Source of the DNA: Acutalibacteraceae bacterium
GTDB lineage: Bacteria > Bacillota > Clostridia > Oscillospirales > Acutalibacteraceae
Length of the DNA stretch: 64,000 nucleotides
Reading direction: 5' to 3'
Assembly: GCA_045652065.1 (NCBI GenBank)
Contig: JAZRTO010000047.1
Location: 2,352-66,351, forward strand
A program made the translations under genes and the position numbers. How positions within the stretch are numbered: position 1 is the first letter of the stretch; the number at the start of each line of letters is the position of its first letter. Positions 46,785 through 57,074 of this stretch are shown here, piece by piece. The notes under the pieces are model-generated. The model had not been told where the DNA came from. It did no database searches and was given only the letters and a program-made list of their open reading frames with translations.

Positions 46785-48260
46785 ATGACAGTAAATGAAT
46801 ACCTGAATAAAATTGATGAAGTTAATGAAAAAGGAAAGCATAAGCCTGACTGGAGCTCACTTTCTCACCATAAGGTACCTTCATGGTATATGAATGATAA
46901 GCTGGGTGTGTTTATTCATTGGGGTATTTATTCTGTACCCGCATACGGAAACGAATGGTATTCGAGAGGTATGTATTATAAGGAAGCTCCCGAATTTGAA
47001 CACCATATAAAAACATACGGACCGCAGAAGGATTTCGGCTATAAGGATTTTATTCCTATGTTCAAGGCCGAAAAATTTGATGCGGCTGAATGGGTAACAC
47101 TTTTCAAAAAAGCAGGAATAAAATATGTTATGCCCGTAGCCGAGCATCATGACGGTTTTGCTATGTATGACACCGAATTTAATCGTTGGAATTCCGTAAA
47201 TATGGGGCCTTGCCGAGATGTGGCGGGTGAACTGAAGGCAGAGTGTGAAAAAAACGGTCTTACCTTCTGTGCATCAACCCACAGAGCTGAGCACTACTTC
47301 TTTATGAATCCGGGACGAACAATAGACAGCGATGTTAACGATGAAGCTTACCGTGATTTTTACGGTCCCGCATTTTACTGTGATGAATTGGATGCAAGTG
47401 TTCTTGGTGAAACAACAGAGAATCCGTATACTATAGGTGCAAGTGAAGAATGGCTTCAGGACTGGCTTGTCCGTACCTGTGAGCTTGTTGACAGATATCA
47501 GCCGAGTGTACTTTATTTTGACTGGTGGATTCACAATCACTCCTTCAAGCCCTATCTCAAAAAGCTTGCGGCGTACTATTATAACCGAGCAGAGGAATGG
47601 GGTAAGGAGGTTACCATAAACTACAAGCATCAGGCGTTTCCCCCGACGGTTGCTGTGTTTGATGTGGAAAGAGGAGCGCTTACCGATATCTCTCCCTTAT
47701 ATTGGCAGACCGATACTGCAATCGGTAAGTGTTCATGGGGTTACAGAAAGGACAATATATACAAGAGTGCCCGTCAGGTAATCTGTGACCTGGTAGATAT
47801 TGTTTCCAAAAACGGAAATCTTCTTATTAACATCGGTCCCCGTGCAGACGGTACAATAACCGAAGAAGAAACAGAGGTTCTTCTTACAATGGGAAAGTGG
47901 CTTGAGATAAACGGCGAAGGAATTTACGGCACAACCTTCTGGAAGAAGTTCGGAGAGGGAAGTGTCAATGCTGAGGCAGGCTTTTTCAAGGATGGCGAAG
48001 AAAAGCAGTTCACAAGCGAGGATTTCAGATTTACATATAAAAACGGCAATCTCTATGTTTTCCAGATGCGTCCGTCAAAGAATATAAAAATAAAAACTCT
48101 CAGAAAACAGGGAATGCGAGACTTCTTTCTTGAAAGTGTTTCGCTGCTGGGAAGTGATGAGAAAATCGATTTTGTAAGAAATGAAGATTATCTTGAAATC
48201 AACTTAAAGGGTGAAATTGAAACCGATTTACCCATTTGCTTCAGAATGGAAATCGGCTGA
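46785..48260 (+). CDS. Glycoside hydrolase family 29 alpha-L-fucosidase
   Basis: FIHWGIYSVPA and AEHHDGFAMYDT motifs. The ATG at 46785 follows GGAGGGAG. Confidence 0.85.
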   Translation: MTVNEYLNKIDEVNEKGKHKPDWSSLSHHKVPSWYMNDKLGVFIHWGIYSVPAYGNEWYSRGMYYKEAPEFEHHIKTYGPQKDFGYKDFIPMFKAEKFDAAEWVTLFKKAGIKYVMPVAEHHDGFAMYDTEFNRWNSVNMGPCRDVAGELKAECEKNGLTFCASTHRAEHYFFMNPGRTIDSDVNDEAYRDFYGPAFYCDELDASVLGETTENPYTIGASEEWLQDWLVRTCELVDRYQPSVLYFDWWIHNHSFKPYLKKLAAYYYNRAEEWGKEVTINYKHQAFPPTVAVFDVERGALTDISPLYWQTDTAIGKCSWGYRKDNIYKSARQVICDLVDIVSKNGNLLINIGPRADGTITEEETEVLLTMGKWLEINGEGIYGTTFWKKFGEGSVNAEAGFFKDGEEKQFTSEDFRFTYKNGNLYVFQMRPSKNIKIKTLRKQGMRDFFLESVSLLGSDEKIDFVRNEDYLEINLKGEIETDLPICFRMEIG

Positions 48261-48290
48261 TAATATTAGAAGTTCAGAGGATGATTACGT

Positions 48291-49979
48291 GTGATTGATA
48301 TAAAGGGCTATATTCTTGCCGCATTCGGCGGAATGCTTGGTGTGTGCGAGCATATAAAGCTGAATATTTATTCCAGAAGAGGTCTGAAATTACAGGAGAA
48401 AACCGTAAAACGGCTTATGCGCTGGAATAAATCAACGGAATACGGAAAACTTCATAATTTCGGTAAGGTAAAATCCATTGAGGACTATCAGAAAATTGTG
48501 CCTCTTTCAACCTATGCCGATTATGATGAATATGTATGGCGAATGGCTGAAGGAGAGAGAGGGCTTATTACAAACCTTCCCGTAAGAAGATTTACCGAAA
48601 GCTCGGGCAGTACGGGAAAATCAAAGCTTGTTCCTTTGTCTTTCTGGGCAGAGTGGGTGGCTCAGTGCTTCGGTTTTTCGGCTCCTGTAGGATGTGCAGT
48701 AAAGTGGTTTCTTAAAAAAGGTAGACTTCTTCCTCCTCAGAAGGGGCTTTTAACGGCGGAAACCTCCTGCAGAAAGCTTAAAGGCGGTACAGTCAGTTGT
48801 CTGTCTTCCATTCCGCTTCTGAATCTCCGTCCCCTTGTGCCTTTCTTTGCAACATCCCCTAAGGAAGTTCTTTTCCCTGACGGATCGGATATGGATATGC
48901 ACTACTTAAAGCTGAGATTTGCACTTATCAATACAAAAACAAGCTATCTCGGCACAATATTTATCACAACCCTCGAGTCAATGTTCTTCTATATGGAAGA
49001 AAACTGGGAGATGCTTTGCGATGATATTGAAAAAGGTATCATTAATGAAAATGTGAATGTGCCTGACCATATAAGAAGAAAGCTCAATAAGAAACTGAAG
49101 CCTATGCCTGAAAGAGCAGAGGCTCTGCGCAAAGAGTTCAGAAAGGGTTTTGATGCCTCTCCCATAATTCCGAGAATTTTTCCCAATGTAGAGTGGCTTT
49201 ACGGAATGGGGACTGGTGCGCTGTCCCTTTATGCAAAGAAGCTTCGCAGATACATAGGAGAGGATATGCCCATACATTACCTCGGTTATACTGCAACGGA
49301 AGCTTTTATGGCGGTGCCTATAGAACTCAATTCTTTTGAGTATGTTATGCTTCCTCAGAACGGATTTTACGAGTTCCGTCCTATTGAACAGGAAGGGTAT
49401 GACAATTTACTTACTATAAAGGATCTTGAACCGGGTAAAGAGTATGAATTGATTCTTACAAATATGAGCGGTTTTTACCGTTACAGAATTGAAGATGTGG
49501 TAAAATGCACGGGATATTACCATCAGGTTCCGAAAATCACCTTCTGTTACCGTCTTAATCAGATAGCCAACATCAGCGGTGAAAAAATCAGTCAGATGGC
49601 ATTTGATGAGATTGTGGATAATCTTTCTGATGCTATGAATGACTTATACGTAGGCTACAGTATTTATCCCGATCGCACAACCTCTCCGGGACACTATGTG
49701 CTTCTTGTAGAAACCGCTTTTCCTGTGTCGGAAGAAAAGAGGTTCCGCTACAATGAGGCATTTGAAAAGATGCTCTGTAAGGGAAATGTTTCCGTGGAAC
49801 CTCTTATAAAAAGCGGTGCGCTGGGACATCCCGAGGTAAAATTCCTACGTCACGGTACTTATGACGATTACAGAGAGGTCTTGCGCCGCCGCGGTGCAAA
49901 CTTAAATCAGGTAAAGCCCATTAAAGTAATAGATAATGATGAGAAGAAGGATTTCTTTTTCTCGCATATTGAAGAATAA
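48291..49979 (+). CDS. GH3 (Gretchen Hagen 3) family acyl-acid amido synthetase-like adenylating enzyme
   Basis: ANL/GH3 motifs ESSGSTGKSKLVP, YTATEAF and YRYRIEDVV. It has a GTG start and lies 30 nt after the fucosidase gene with no terminator between them. Confidence 0.8.
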   Translation: MIDIKGYILAAFGGMLGVCEHIKLNIYSRRGLKLQEKTVKRLMRWNKSTEYGKLHNFGKVKSIEDYQKIVPLSTYADYDEYVWRMAEGERGLITNLPVRRFTESSGSTGKSKLVPLSFWAEWVAQCFGFSAPVGCAVKWFLKKGRLLPPQKGLLTAETSCRKLKGGTVSCLSSIPLLNLRPLVPFFATSPKEVLFPDGSDMDMHYLKLRFALINTKTSYLGTIFITTLESMFFYMEENWEMLCDDIEKGIINENVNVPDHIRRKLNKKLKPMPERAEALRKEFRKGFDASPIIPRIFPNVEWLYGMGTGALSLYAKKLRRYIGEDMPIHYLGYTATEAFMAVPIELNSFEYVMLPQNGFYEFRPIEQEGYDNLLTIKDLEPGKEYELILTNMSGFYRYRIEDVVKCTGYYHQVPKITFCYRLNQIANISGEKISQMAFDEIVDNLSDAMNDLYVGYSIYPDRTTSPGHYVLLVETAFPVSEEKRFRYNEAFEKMLCKGNVSVEPLIKSGALGHPEVKFLRHGTYDDYREVLRRRGANLNQVKPIKVIDNDEKKDFFFSHIEE

Positions 49980-49991
49980 CGGAGAAGCTAT

Positions 49992-51365
49992 ATGGATTTT
50001 AATTCACATCGTGAATACCTTTTATTAAAAGGATTTTCGGACGAAAAGGTAATATCTGATCTTATTGAATATAAAAATGCACATTCCGTAACAAGCAGTA
50101 AAAAACTGCCCACGGAGATGTATGATAAGGTTAATCTTATGTGCAGAAGCTATATGGACAGACTTGCCCGTTTTGAGATGGATTATGATTTTATTGTGGA
50201 TTCCGAAAAATTCAAGACAGTTGCGTTGTGCTGTCTTGAAACTGTGCTTATTCTTCGTTCACAGGTAATTAATCACCCTATTGCCCCTTACTGGAAGGTT
50301 GCGGATTATGATATCTCCGATTTTATAATTGAAAAAGAGGTTTACGATATTGAGGCAGCAAGGGAGGAATTCTTTTCCCGGGAAATCCCACTTAAAAGCA
50401 ATGTGCAGATGAATATAGGTCTTTATTACTGTAAAGGGAAAACTTATATTCTCTTTATCTGGAATCATATGTGCTTTGACGGCGGTGGATTTAAGATGTT
50501 CTGGAGTGATTTTTGCAGAAATTACACCGATTATGCTCTGCGCGGCATTTCTCCCGTAAATTTTTCTGTAGGCTCCCGTAAGTATACCGAGGTTTATAAG
50601 GATTTTGATAAGGAAAAAGCAAAGAAGGCAAAAGCTCAGTTTGCAAATGTTTCTCCTAAAGTTAAGTGTAGCTTTCCCTTTACCCCCGTAAACGGTGAGG
50701 AAAAGGTTATTATTGTTTCCCGTAAAATTGAAGCGGAATATTTTGACAAAGCAAAGGCTTATCTTAAAACCATAGGAGCTACGGTTACTGATTTACTTTT
50801 AGCTTCGTATATTGATGCGCTCGGTAAGATATCCGATTTGTCCCCCGCTGACAGAATAAGTGTCGCTTGTGCAACAGACTTAAGACGGCACATAAAAGAC
50901 CTGTCAACTGTCGGTTATACAAACCACGTTTCATTTATTCACTGCGCAATTGATAAAAAGGGGAGTGACCTTAAAGAGACACTCCTTCTTGTAAGAGATA
51001 AAACAAAAGAGCTGAAAAATGATGAGTTTATGGGACTTCACGGTCTTCCGCTTCTGAATATTGCCTATAAATCAATGGTGTATCTGCAAGCAGAGACTGT
51101 TGTAAAGCTTTTCTATAACAATCCCGTTTTGTCAGTCAGCAATGTAGGACTCATTAATCCCTTACAGTTCCCTCTCGGGGAATCAGGTCCATTTGATGCA
51201 TTTGTTGCGGGAGCTGCTAAAAATAAGCCCTGTGCTGTTATGACAGCTCTTTCAATCGGAGGAAATCTTTCAGCCTCAATGTGTCTTCGCGGTAATGAGC
51301 AAGACAGAGAAATTCTTGAGAAATTTTTCACTGAATTTGAAAGAAATATAAAATCATTCGTATGA
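49992..51365 (+). CDS. Standalone condensation-domain-like (HxxxDG) acyltransferase
   Basis: WNHMCFDGGG at residues 157-166 of 457 aa, matching the size and motif position of NRPS C domains and WS/DGAT/PapA enzymes. It starts 12 nt after the GH3 gene. Confidence 0.6.
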   Translation: MDFNSHREYLLLKGFSDEKVISDLIEYKNAHSVTSSKKLPTEMYDKVNLMCRSYMDRLARFEMDYDFIVDSEKFKTVALCCLETVLILRSQVINHPIAPYWKVADYDISDFIIEKEVYDIEAAREEFFSREIPLKSNVQMNIGLYYCKGKTYILFIWNHMCFDGGGFKMFWSDFCRNYTDYALRGISPVNFSVGSRKYTEVYKDFDKEKAKKAKAQFANVSPKVKCSFPFTPVNGEEKVIIVSRKIEAEYFDKAKAYLKTIGATVTDLLLASYIDALGKISDLSPADRISVACATDLRRHIKDLSTVGYTNHVSFIHCAIDKKGSDLKETLLLVRDKTKELKNDEFMGLHGLPLLNIAYKSMVYLQAETVVKLFYNNPVLSVSNVGLINPLQFPLGESGPFDAFVAGAAKNKPCAVMTALSIGGNLSASMCLRGNEQDREILEKFFTEFERNIKSFV

Positions 51366-51402
51366 AAAGACCGCCCTCAAAAAGTGGGGCGGTGATCTTT
51401 TA
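51366..51402. terminator. Bidirectional terminator
   Basis: Stem ACCGCCCT/GGGGCGGT flanked by an A-run and a T-run. Confidence 0.5.
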
Positions 51403-52233
51403 TATGTTCAGAAGTATAAGTGAGATGATTATCAGGCTTAATGCAAGCCATTGTTTTTTTGTCAATTTTTCTTTAAATACCATAACACCCACTAATGTTA
51501 CCAGGAGAATAGTTGCAACCGAGAATGTGGGATATGTAACAACTGCGGGGATTGTTGTGAGAGCTGAAATCAGGAATTTTGATGAGAAGAAGTTCGGTAT
51601 TCCTATTAATGCGCCGAACAGAATATCTTTTATTGCAGGCTTTTCTTTTTTTAGTATAACAAGAGTTAAGCAAATGATAAATGCAGTTGCAAAAGTGAAA
51701 AATAGAAACTGATTGGTAAGTGGTTCAGGTCCCAGGTATTCATAAACCTTAGACATCGCATCGGCGCTGCCGCCGAAAAGAAGTAAAAGAATGAGACTTA
51801 TGCCGAAATTTTTAATTGAGCTGCCTTTTTTCAGATTTATCAGAATGATTGCTATAACAGCTATAATAAATCCTGCTATCTGAATTGCAGAGGGGATTTC
51901 ATTGAAAAACAGAACGGAAAGCACGATAGGAACTAAAAGTCCTAATTTCATAAAAATTGAAGAAAGTACAATTCCGTGCTTTGCTGTATTTAACTGCAAA
52001 AGTAAAAAGCTTACAAGATAAAGCACACCGTTTATTACACCGAAGCCTGATACTTTCCCGATGTCGTTTGTAATCGGTATTATGTCAAAGCCGGTGTATA
52101 TTGCACCGCATAAGGAGCAAACAGCATAATTTGCTGCAAGCATGGAAAGCTTTCCTTTGACATTATCCGAGCTTATGCGCATTATTATTGAAATAAGGGA
52201 ACTGCAAAGTATTGCAAGAATTAAAAATATCAT
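51400..52233 (-). CDS. DMT/EamA-like membrane transporter
   Basis: About ten hydrophobic helices with a two-fold internal pattern. No soluble domain. Confidence 0.55.
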   Translation of the reverse strand: MIFLILAILCSSLISIIMRISSDNVKGKLSMLAANYAVCSLCGAIYTGFDIIPITNDIGKVSGFGVINGVLYLVSFLLLQLNTAKHGIVLSSIFMKLGLLVPIVLSVLFFNEIPSAIQIAGFIIAVIAIILINLKKGSSIKNFGISLILLLLFGGSADAMSKVYEYLGPEPLTNQFLFFTFATAFIICLTLVILKKEKPAIKDILFGALIGIPNFFSSKFLISALTTIPAVVTYPTFSVATILLVTLVGVMVFKEKLTKKQWLALSLIIISLILLNI

Positions 52234-52359
52234 ATGTTACTCCAAACAGCTCTTTTTTTCGATTATTATAACAGATCTTTGTATGTTTTTCTACTGTAAG
52301 TTTGATTTTTTATATTTACAGTATTTTTTGTTTGTGGTATATTTTTTGTAGCTTTAAGA

Positions 52360-53085
52360 ATGGACGATAAATGTATGTGTTGCAGAAAATCCGGTTTAAC
52401 AAATAATCAATTAAAGATAATTGCGGTAATAGCAATGCTTTGCGATCATGTGGGCAAAGAGCTTCTTGTGCAATTTGAATTTTTACAAATCATCGGAAGA
52501 ATAGCTTTGCCGATATTTGCTTATATGATTGCAGAGGGGTGCTTGTATACCCGCAACCGCAGGCAATATCTTATGAAAATTGCATTGTTGGCGCTGGGAT
52601 GTCAGCTTGTGTATTTTATTGCAGAAGGGTCGTTATATCAGAATATTCTTGTAACATTCTCCCTTTCTGTATTAACGGTATTTACAATTGATAATTTCCG
52701 AAAAAGAAAAGATATTTTGTCTGCTGTTCTGATGACCGCAGAAATGGCTATTGTAGTATTTTTATGTATAGGTTTACAGAAAATACCTGCTTTTGCCGGT
52801 TTTCGTATCGATTACGGTATATTCGGTGTTTTGCTGCCTGTTGCAGTGTATTTTGCTCCGAATAAACCATTAAAGATAATTTTTGCAGCTTTGACACTGA
52901 TCGCGCTTTCATTTGATATGGGCGGTGTGCAATGGTTTTCCTTAGCTGCTGTGCCGTTAATTATGTTGTATAACGAAAAACGAGGAAAACTTAATCTTAA
53001 GTATTTATTTTACATATTTTATCCCTCACATCTCGCCGTCATTTATTTAATAAAGCTTTTGCTGCAGAGCTTTAACATACTGTAA
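52360..53085 (+). CDS. TraX family membrane protein (second paralogue)
   Basis: NQLKIIAVIAMLCDHVG and IFYPSHL motifs in a polytopic protein. Confidence 0.75.
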   Translation: MDDKCMCCRKSGLTNNQLKIIAVIAMLCDHVGKELLVQFEFLQIIGRIALPIFAYMIAEGCLYTRNRRQYLMKIALLALGCQLVYFIAEGSLYQNILVTFSLSVLTVFTIDNFRKRKDILSAVLMTAEMAIVVFLCIGLQKIPAFAGFRIDYGIFGVLLPVAVYFAPNKPLKIIFAALTLIALSFDMGGVQWFSLAAVPLIMLYNEKRGKLNLKYLFYIFYPSHLAVIYLIKLLLQSFNIL

Positions 53086-53124
53086 AAATCAGCCGCTCCC
53101 GTTATTTTGGGAGCGGCTTGTTAA
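53086..53124. terminator. Bidirectional terminator
   Basis: 10-bp stem AGCCGCTCCC/GGGAGCGGCT between convergent genes. Confidence 0.65.
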
Positions 53125-54558
53125 TTATCCGATGATGAAAGTAGTTATGCTGTTGCCCTTAAGGCTTGCCGTAAATGAATTATCAATAACTGCAATTTCA
53201 GAAAGCTTTGTCCAATGCTCACCCTTTTCCATATCACCGCTTGTCCTGATTACATTTGCTGTTTTATTTTTGCTCAGGATATTCTTAAGTGTAAATGTAA
53301 CATTTTCGTCTGTTTGATGTGTATTAACAGCGACAATAACAGCTTTATCGGTGTTTTTATCGTATGCGGCAAGAGTGTGGCGGTCGTTTGTATGAATTAT
53401 TGTCATTCCGGGCTTTATATATCTTGAAAACTGACCGAAAGCAAAATACTTCTGTGTAAGATAAATTTCTTCGTTGTCAATATCGGCAAAAGCCGTGCCC
53501 CAGAAGCCTTTTGTAAGGTCAGGAATTCCGGGCATATCAAGACGGCCTTTTTCGTCGGGAATTTTTGAAATATATGCTGCTACAATCTGCCATATTACCC
53601 AGGCTGAAGGTGATAGGGTATTCATATCTTCAATGATTTTTTCCGCAAGCCACAATGCAGGTCCCATTTCTCCCGGATTTTCTCCGCTGACACCGCTCCA
53701 GTCGCTCTCATCCATCCACAGATTTTTGTTCAGTTCTCTTGCAAGCCTTCCTATATGGGGTATTGCCTTGCCGTATGTGTGGGTGCTGATTCGTCCTACC
53801 TCTGAGAGTGCCTGCTTGGAAAGGAGCTTTGTTGCAAAATACTGTGTTACGGTATTAGTTTCATCACTTGCCGTAACAACAATATCGTGAAGTCCTTTTT
53901 CTCTGAGAGCTTCTGCGGTTGCAATTATCACATTGCTTTGCATTTTACCCGGTGACACAAAACAACCTTCCTGCTTTTCAGAATATGCTTTCCAGAAGTT
54001 TGTGAAGGGTTCATTCATGGCAGCAAGACTTCTTACTCTGATGCCCAAATCTTTTTGAATGTAATCACATACATTTGCAAGATATTCTGCAAAGGGACGT
54101 ATATATATCTTTTTCAGATTATTGGTAACTGCATTTTTGCTTCCCGAGCTGCAGCCGCTTACTGTCATGTAATAAGGAGGGGAGTTTGAAAAAGCTTCAA
54201 CATAGGCATTCTTTCCGGCTTTTTTATAGCAGGCAGAAAGTACGGCAAGCTGATTTTTATCAGTATCAGTATTGAAAACAAAATTATTTTTTTCTTCGTC
54301 ATATTTCCACCATCCGGGCATTTCCGAATCTGTCCTTGTGATGTGATTGTGTGATGGGTCATCACCGCCGCCTATATTGTATCGCATAATATTCAGCGCA
54401 AGCCCGTCTTCTGAAAAGAAAAGATGAGCACTGTCTTCTGTGAGTTTTTTGCTGAAGCCTACTCTGTTTGCCCACCAACAAAGGCTTGTACCCCAGCCTT
54501 CAAAAAAGCCGTTGTTTGTTTTTGATGCATTCTCTAAAGAAACCGTGATTTTCTTCAT
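53125..54558 (-). CDS. Glycoside hydrolase family 30
   Basis: FEGWGTSLCWWANRVG, AMNEP (acid/base) and LWMDESD (nucleophile region) motifs. No signal peptide. Confidence 0.75.
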   Translation of the reverse strand: MKKITVSLENASKTNNGFFEGWGTSLCWWANRVGFSKKLTEDSAHLFFSEDGLALNIMRYNIGGGDDPSHNHITRTDSEMPGWWKYDEEKNNFVFNTDTDKNQLAVLSACYKKAGKNAYVEAFSNSPPYYMTVSGCSSGSKNAVTNNLKKIYIRPFAEYLANVCDYIQKDLGIRVRSLAAMNEPFTNFWKAYSEKQEGCFVSPGKMQSNVIIATAEALREKGLHDIVVTASDETNTVTQYFATKLLSKQALSEVGRISTHTYGKAIPHIGRLARELNKNLWMDESDWSGVSGENPGEMGPALWLAEKIIEDMNTLSPSAWVIWQIVAAYISKIPDEKGRLDMPGIPDLTKGFWGTAFADIDNEEIYLTQKYFAFGQFSRYIKPGMTIIHTNDRHTLAAYDKNTDKAVIVAVNTHQTDENVTFTLKNILSKNKTANVIRTSGDMEKGEHWTKLSEIAVIDNSFTASLKGNSITTFIIG

Positions 54559-54718
54559 AATATCACCTGCGCATATGTTTTTTGTTGATTATTACTGAAT
54601 TAATATTAGCATAATCATTAATTGCCGTCAATAAACTGATTTTTGCGAGTTTTGATTATTTACTTTATTCGTACTATATTGTATACTGTACATATATTTC
54701 GGGACGGAGAATGAATTT

Positions 54719-55246
54719 ATGAATAGTGTCAGTTTAAGATATGCATCTGCCGAGGACGCGGAAGCCTTACGGGGTATATATTCGCATTATGTAGCAAATA
54801 CGGCAATTTCTTACGAATATGATGTGCCGACTGTCAGCGAATTCAGAAACAGAATAATTACCACTCTGAAGAAGTATCCTTATATCGTTCTTGAGGAGGA
54901 CGGTGTTGTTGTGGGCTATGCGTATGCAGGTCCTTTTAAAACAAGAGAAGCATACAGATTTTCTGTTGAAACTACTATTTATCTTAAAAACGGTCTGCAG
55001 AAAAAGGGCTATGGAAGAATACTTCTTACGGCACTTGAAAAAGAGCTTGCCGAAAGAGGCTTTACGAATGCAAATGCCTGCATTGCCTATACGGAAACTG
55101 ATGACGAATATCTTAATAAAAACAGCATGGAATTCCATTCCGCTATGGGCTACAGGCTTGTGGGTACCTTTCATAAGTGCGCTTATAAATTCGGCAGATG
55201 GTATGATATGATCTGGATGGAGAAATTTGTCGGAGAGCATAAATAA
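54719..55246 (+). CDS. GNAT acetyltransferase (phosphinothricin/YncA-like)
   Basis: IRYASAEDAEALRGIYSHYV...TAISYE and LQKKGYGRILL motifs. Confidence 0.75.
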   Translation: MNSVSLRYASAEDAEALRGIYSHYVANTAISYEYDVPTVSEFRNRIITTLKKYPYIVLEEDGVVVGYAYAGPFKTREAYRFSVETTIYLKNGLQKKGYGRILLTALEKELAERGFTNANACIAYTETDDEYLNKNSMEFHSAMGYRLVGTFHKCAYKFGRWYDMIWMEKFVGEHK

Positions 55247-55295
55247 AATATAAAACGTTCAAATAAAAATATGTCGCAGCAGGCAAAATATATAA

Positions 55296-55324
55296 TTGCA
55301 ACAGCGTATATTTTGTGGTAATAT
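55296..55324 (+). promoter_or_regulatory. Sigma-A type promoter for the second GH3 gene
   Basis: TTGCAA at 55296-55301, a 17-nt spacer ending in TGG, and TAATAT at 55319-55324. Confidence 0.5.
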
Positions 55325-55354
55325 TATAGAGTAATTTACTACCGGGGTGATTAT

Positions 55355-57046
55355 ATGGCAGTTTCAAATATAGGTGTTTTTCTCGGTAATATAGTTTTTA
55401 AGGGATTCAATCATTTCACATCAATCCCCATGGAAACTCAGCAGAAGACACTTGAAGCAATAATGAAAAGAAACAAGGATTGTGAGCTTGGCAAAAAGTA
55501 CGGTTTTTCAGAAATACGCACCCTTAGGGATTTTCAGGATAATGTTCCCTTATCTACGTTTGAAGACTATCTTCCGCTCATAAACCGTATGATTGATAAT
55601 AATGAGGATAATATTATTACGGGCAGTAAGGTTATAAGATACTGTTCCTCTTCTGGAAGTGTCGGAATTCCGAAGCTTCAGCCAAAAACCGCAAGAGATC
55701 TTTTTAATATGCAGTCTATGGGCTTTGCTGCAACACCAGCATGTGCTGCACACTATTTTAAAGAGAAGGGAATATACAAGAAGCTTCCTGCTCAGATGGG
55801 GCCCTTGCTTCTTTCTCTTAACGGTCATCCGCTCAAAAACGGTATGCGCTGTAACGGTGCGGGGCAGATTCCTTTCACATATCTTTTACCGCTTATTCCG
55901 TTTTTCTCTACCACTCCTCTTGATATTCTTTTTCCTGAGGATGAAGAAAATACAGATATTTCATATTTTCAGTTAAGGTTTGCTCTTACTAACAGAAAGG
56001 TCACATATCTCGGCTCAATGGTAATTACCCTTATGCTTACGATGTTTGAATACCTTGAGGCAAACTGGGATATGATTTGTAATGATATAGAAAATGGAAC
56101 AATTGATCCTTCTGTCAGATGTCCCGAATCACTTCGTACAAAATACGAAAAATTAAAACCCGATCCCAAACGAGCTGCAGAGCTTCGCCGGGAATTTGAA
56201 AAAGGCTTTGATACCGGTGTTCCTATTGCAAAAAGAATATGGCCCGATGTATGCTGGGGTTACGGAATGATAAGCTCTACACTTTCAATTTATGTTGAAA
56301 AGCTGCACCGTTATATAGGTGATCTTCCTCTTCATAATATGGGATATGCGGCCTCTGAAGGTTATATGGCAATGCCAATAACTCTCGATGCAAACGACTA
56401 CGTGCTTCTTCCCAGAAGTATTATTTATGAATTCTTGCCTGTAGATGCTCCTGACGGTACAAGACCGCTTCTTATGGATGAGCTTGAAGTGGGAAAAGAA
56501 TATGAAATTATCGTTACCAATTTTTCGGGACTTTACAGATACCGTATTCTTGATATTGTCAGGGTAACGGGATTTCATAATAAAACGCCTAAAATTGAAT
56601 TTCTTTACCGTTCAAATATGGGACTTAATGTTGCAAATGAAAAGACAACTACGCAGATGCTTGATTTCGTTGCAAACAAGGTGCAGAAGGAGTTTGATGT
56701 TTCCTTTAACGGCTACAGCTTCTATGGTGATACGGATGAGGCAGGCGCACTTCCCAGATACGCATTTATGTGCGATACAGCTTCCGATATTCCTACTGTA
56801 AAGAATGATGAGCTTGTGAAGTTTATTGATGAAGCTTTCAGAGAATGCAACGAAAAGTATGATAAATACAGAAGATGGGGAATGCTTCGCGAGCCGATTG
56901 TTTATCAATTGGAAACAGGTGCATATGCGGCATACAAATCTTTTCTTGTTGCTCAGGGCAGAGTGCTTAATCAGATAAAGCCAGTAGTTGTTATAAATAC
57001 TCCTGAAAGAAAAGAATTCTTCTTCGGGAAAATTCGTAAAAAATAA
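55355..57046 (+). CDS. GH3 (Gretchen Hagen 3) family adenylating enzyme, second paralogue
   Basis: CSSSGSVGIPKLQP, YAASEGYM and YRYRILDIV motifs. It is collinear with 48291..49979 over its full length. Confidence 0.8.
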   Translation: MAVSNIGVFLGNIVFKGFNHFTSIPMETQQKTLEAIMKRNKDCELGKKYGFSEIRTLRDFQDNVPLSTFEDYLPLINRMIDNNEDNIITGSKVIRYCSSSGSVGIPKLQPKTARDLFNMQSMGFAATPACAAHYFKEKGIYKKLPAQMGPLLLSLNGHPLKNGMRCNGAGQIPFTYLLPLIPFFSTTPLDILFPEDEENTDISYFQLRFALTNRKVTYLGSMVITLMLTMFEYLEANWDMICNDIENGTIDPSVRCPESLRTKYEKLKPDPKRAAELRREFEKGFDTGVPIAKRIWPDVCWGYGMISSTLSIYVEKLHRYIGDLPLHNMGYAASEGYMAMPITLDANDYVLLPRSIIYEFLPVDAPDGTRPLLMDELEVGKEYEIIVTNFSGLYRYRILDIVRVTGFHNKTPKIEFLYRSNMGLNVANEKTTTQMLDFVANKVQKEFDVSFNGYSFYGDTDEAGALPRYAFMCDTASDIPTVKNDELVKFIDEAFRECNEKYDKYRRWGMLREPIVYQLETGAYAAYKSFLVAQGRVLNQIKPVVVINTPERKEFFFGKIRKK

Positions 57047-57074
57047 TTGGTATTATAGTTAACGGAGGAAAATT

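Noticed and set aside
48291-49979. Reading 'GH3' as glycoside hydrolase family 3, given the glycosidase-rich context.
   Set aside because: The motifs (SSGSTGK, YxxTE, YRxxD) are those of the adenylate-forming Gretchen-Hagen-3 family, not of GH family 3 beta-glucosidases.
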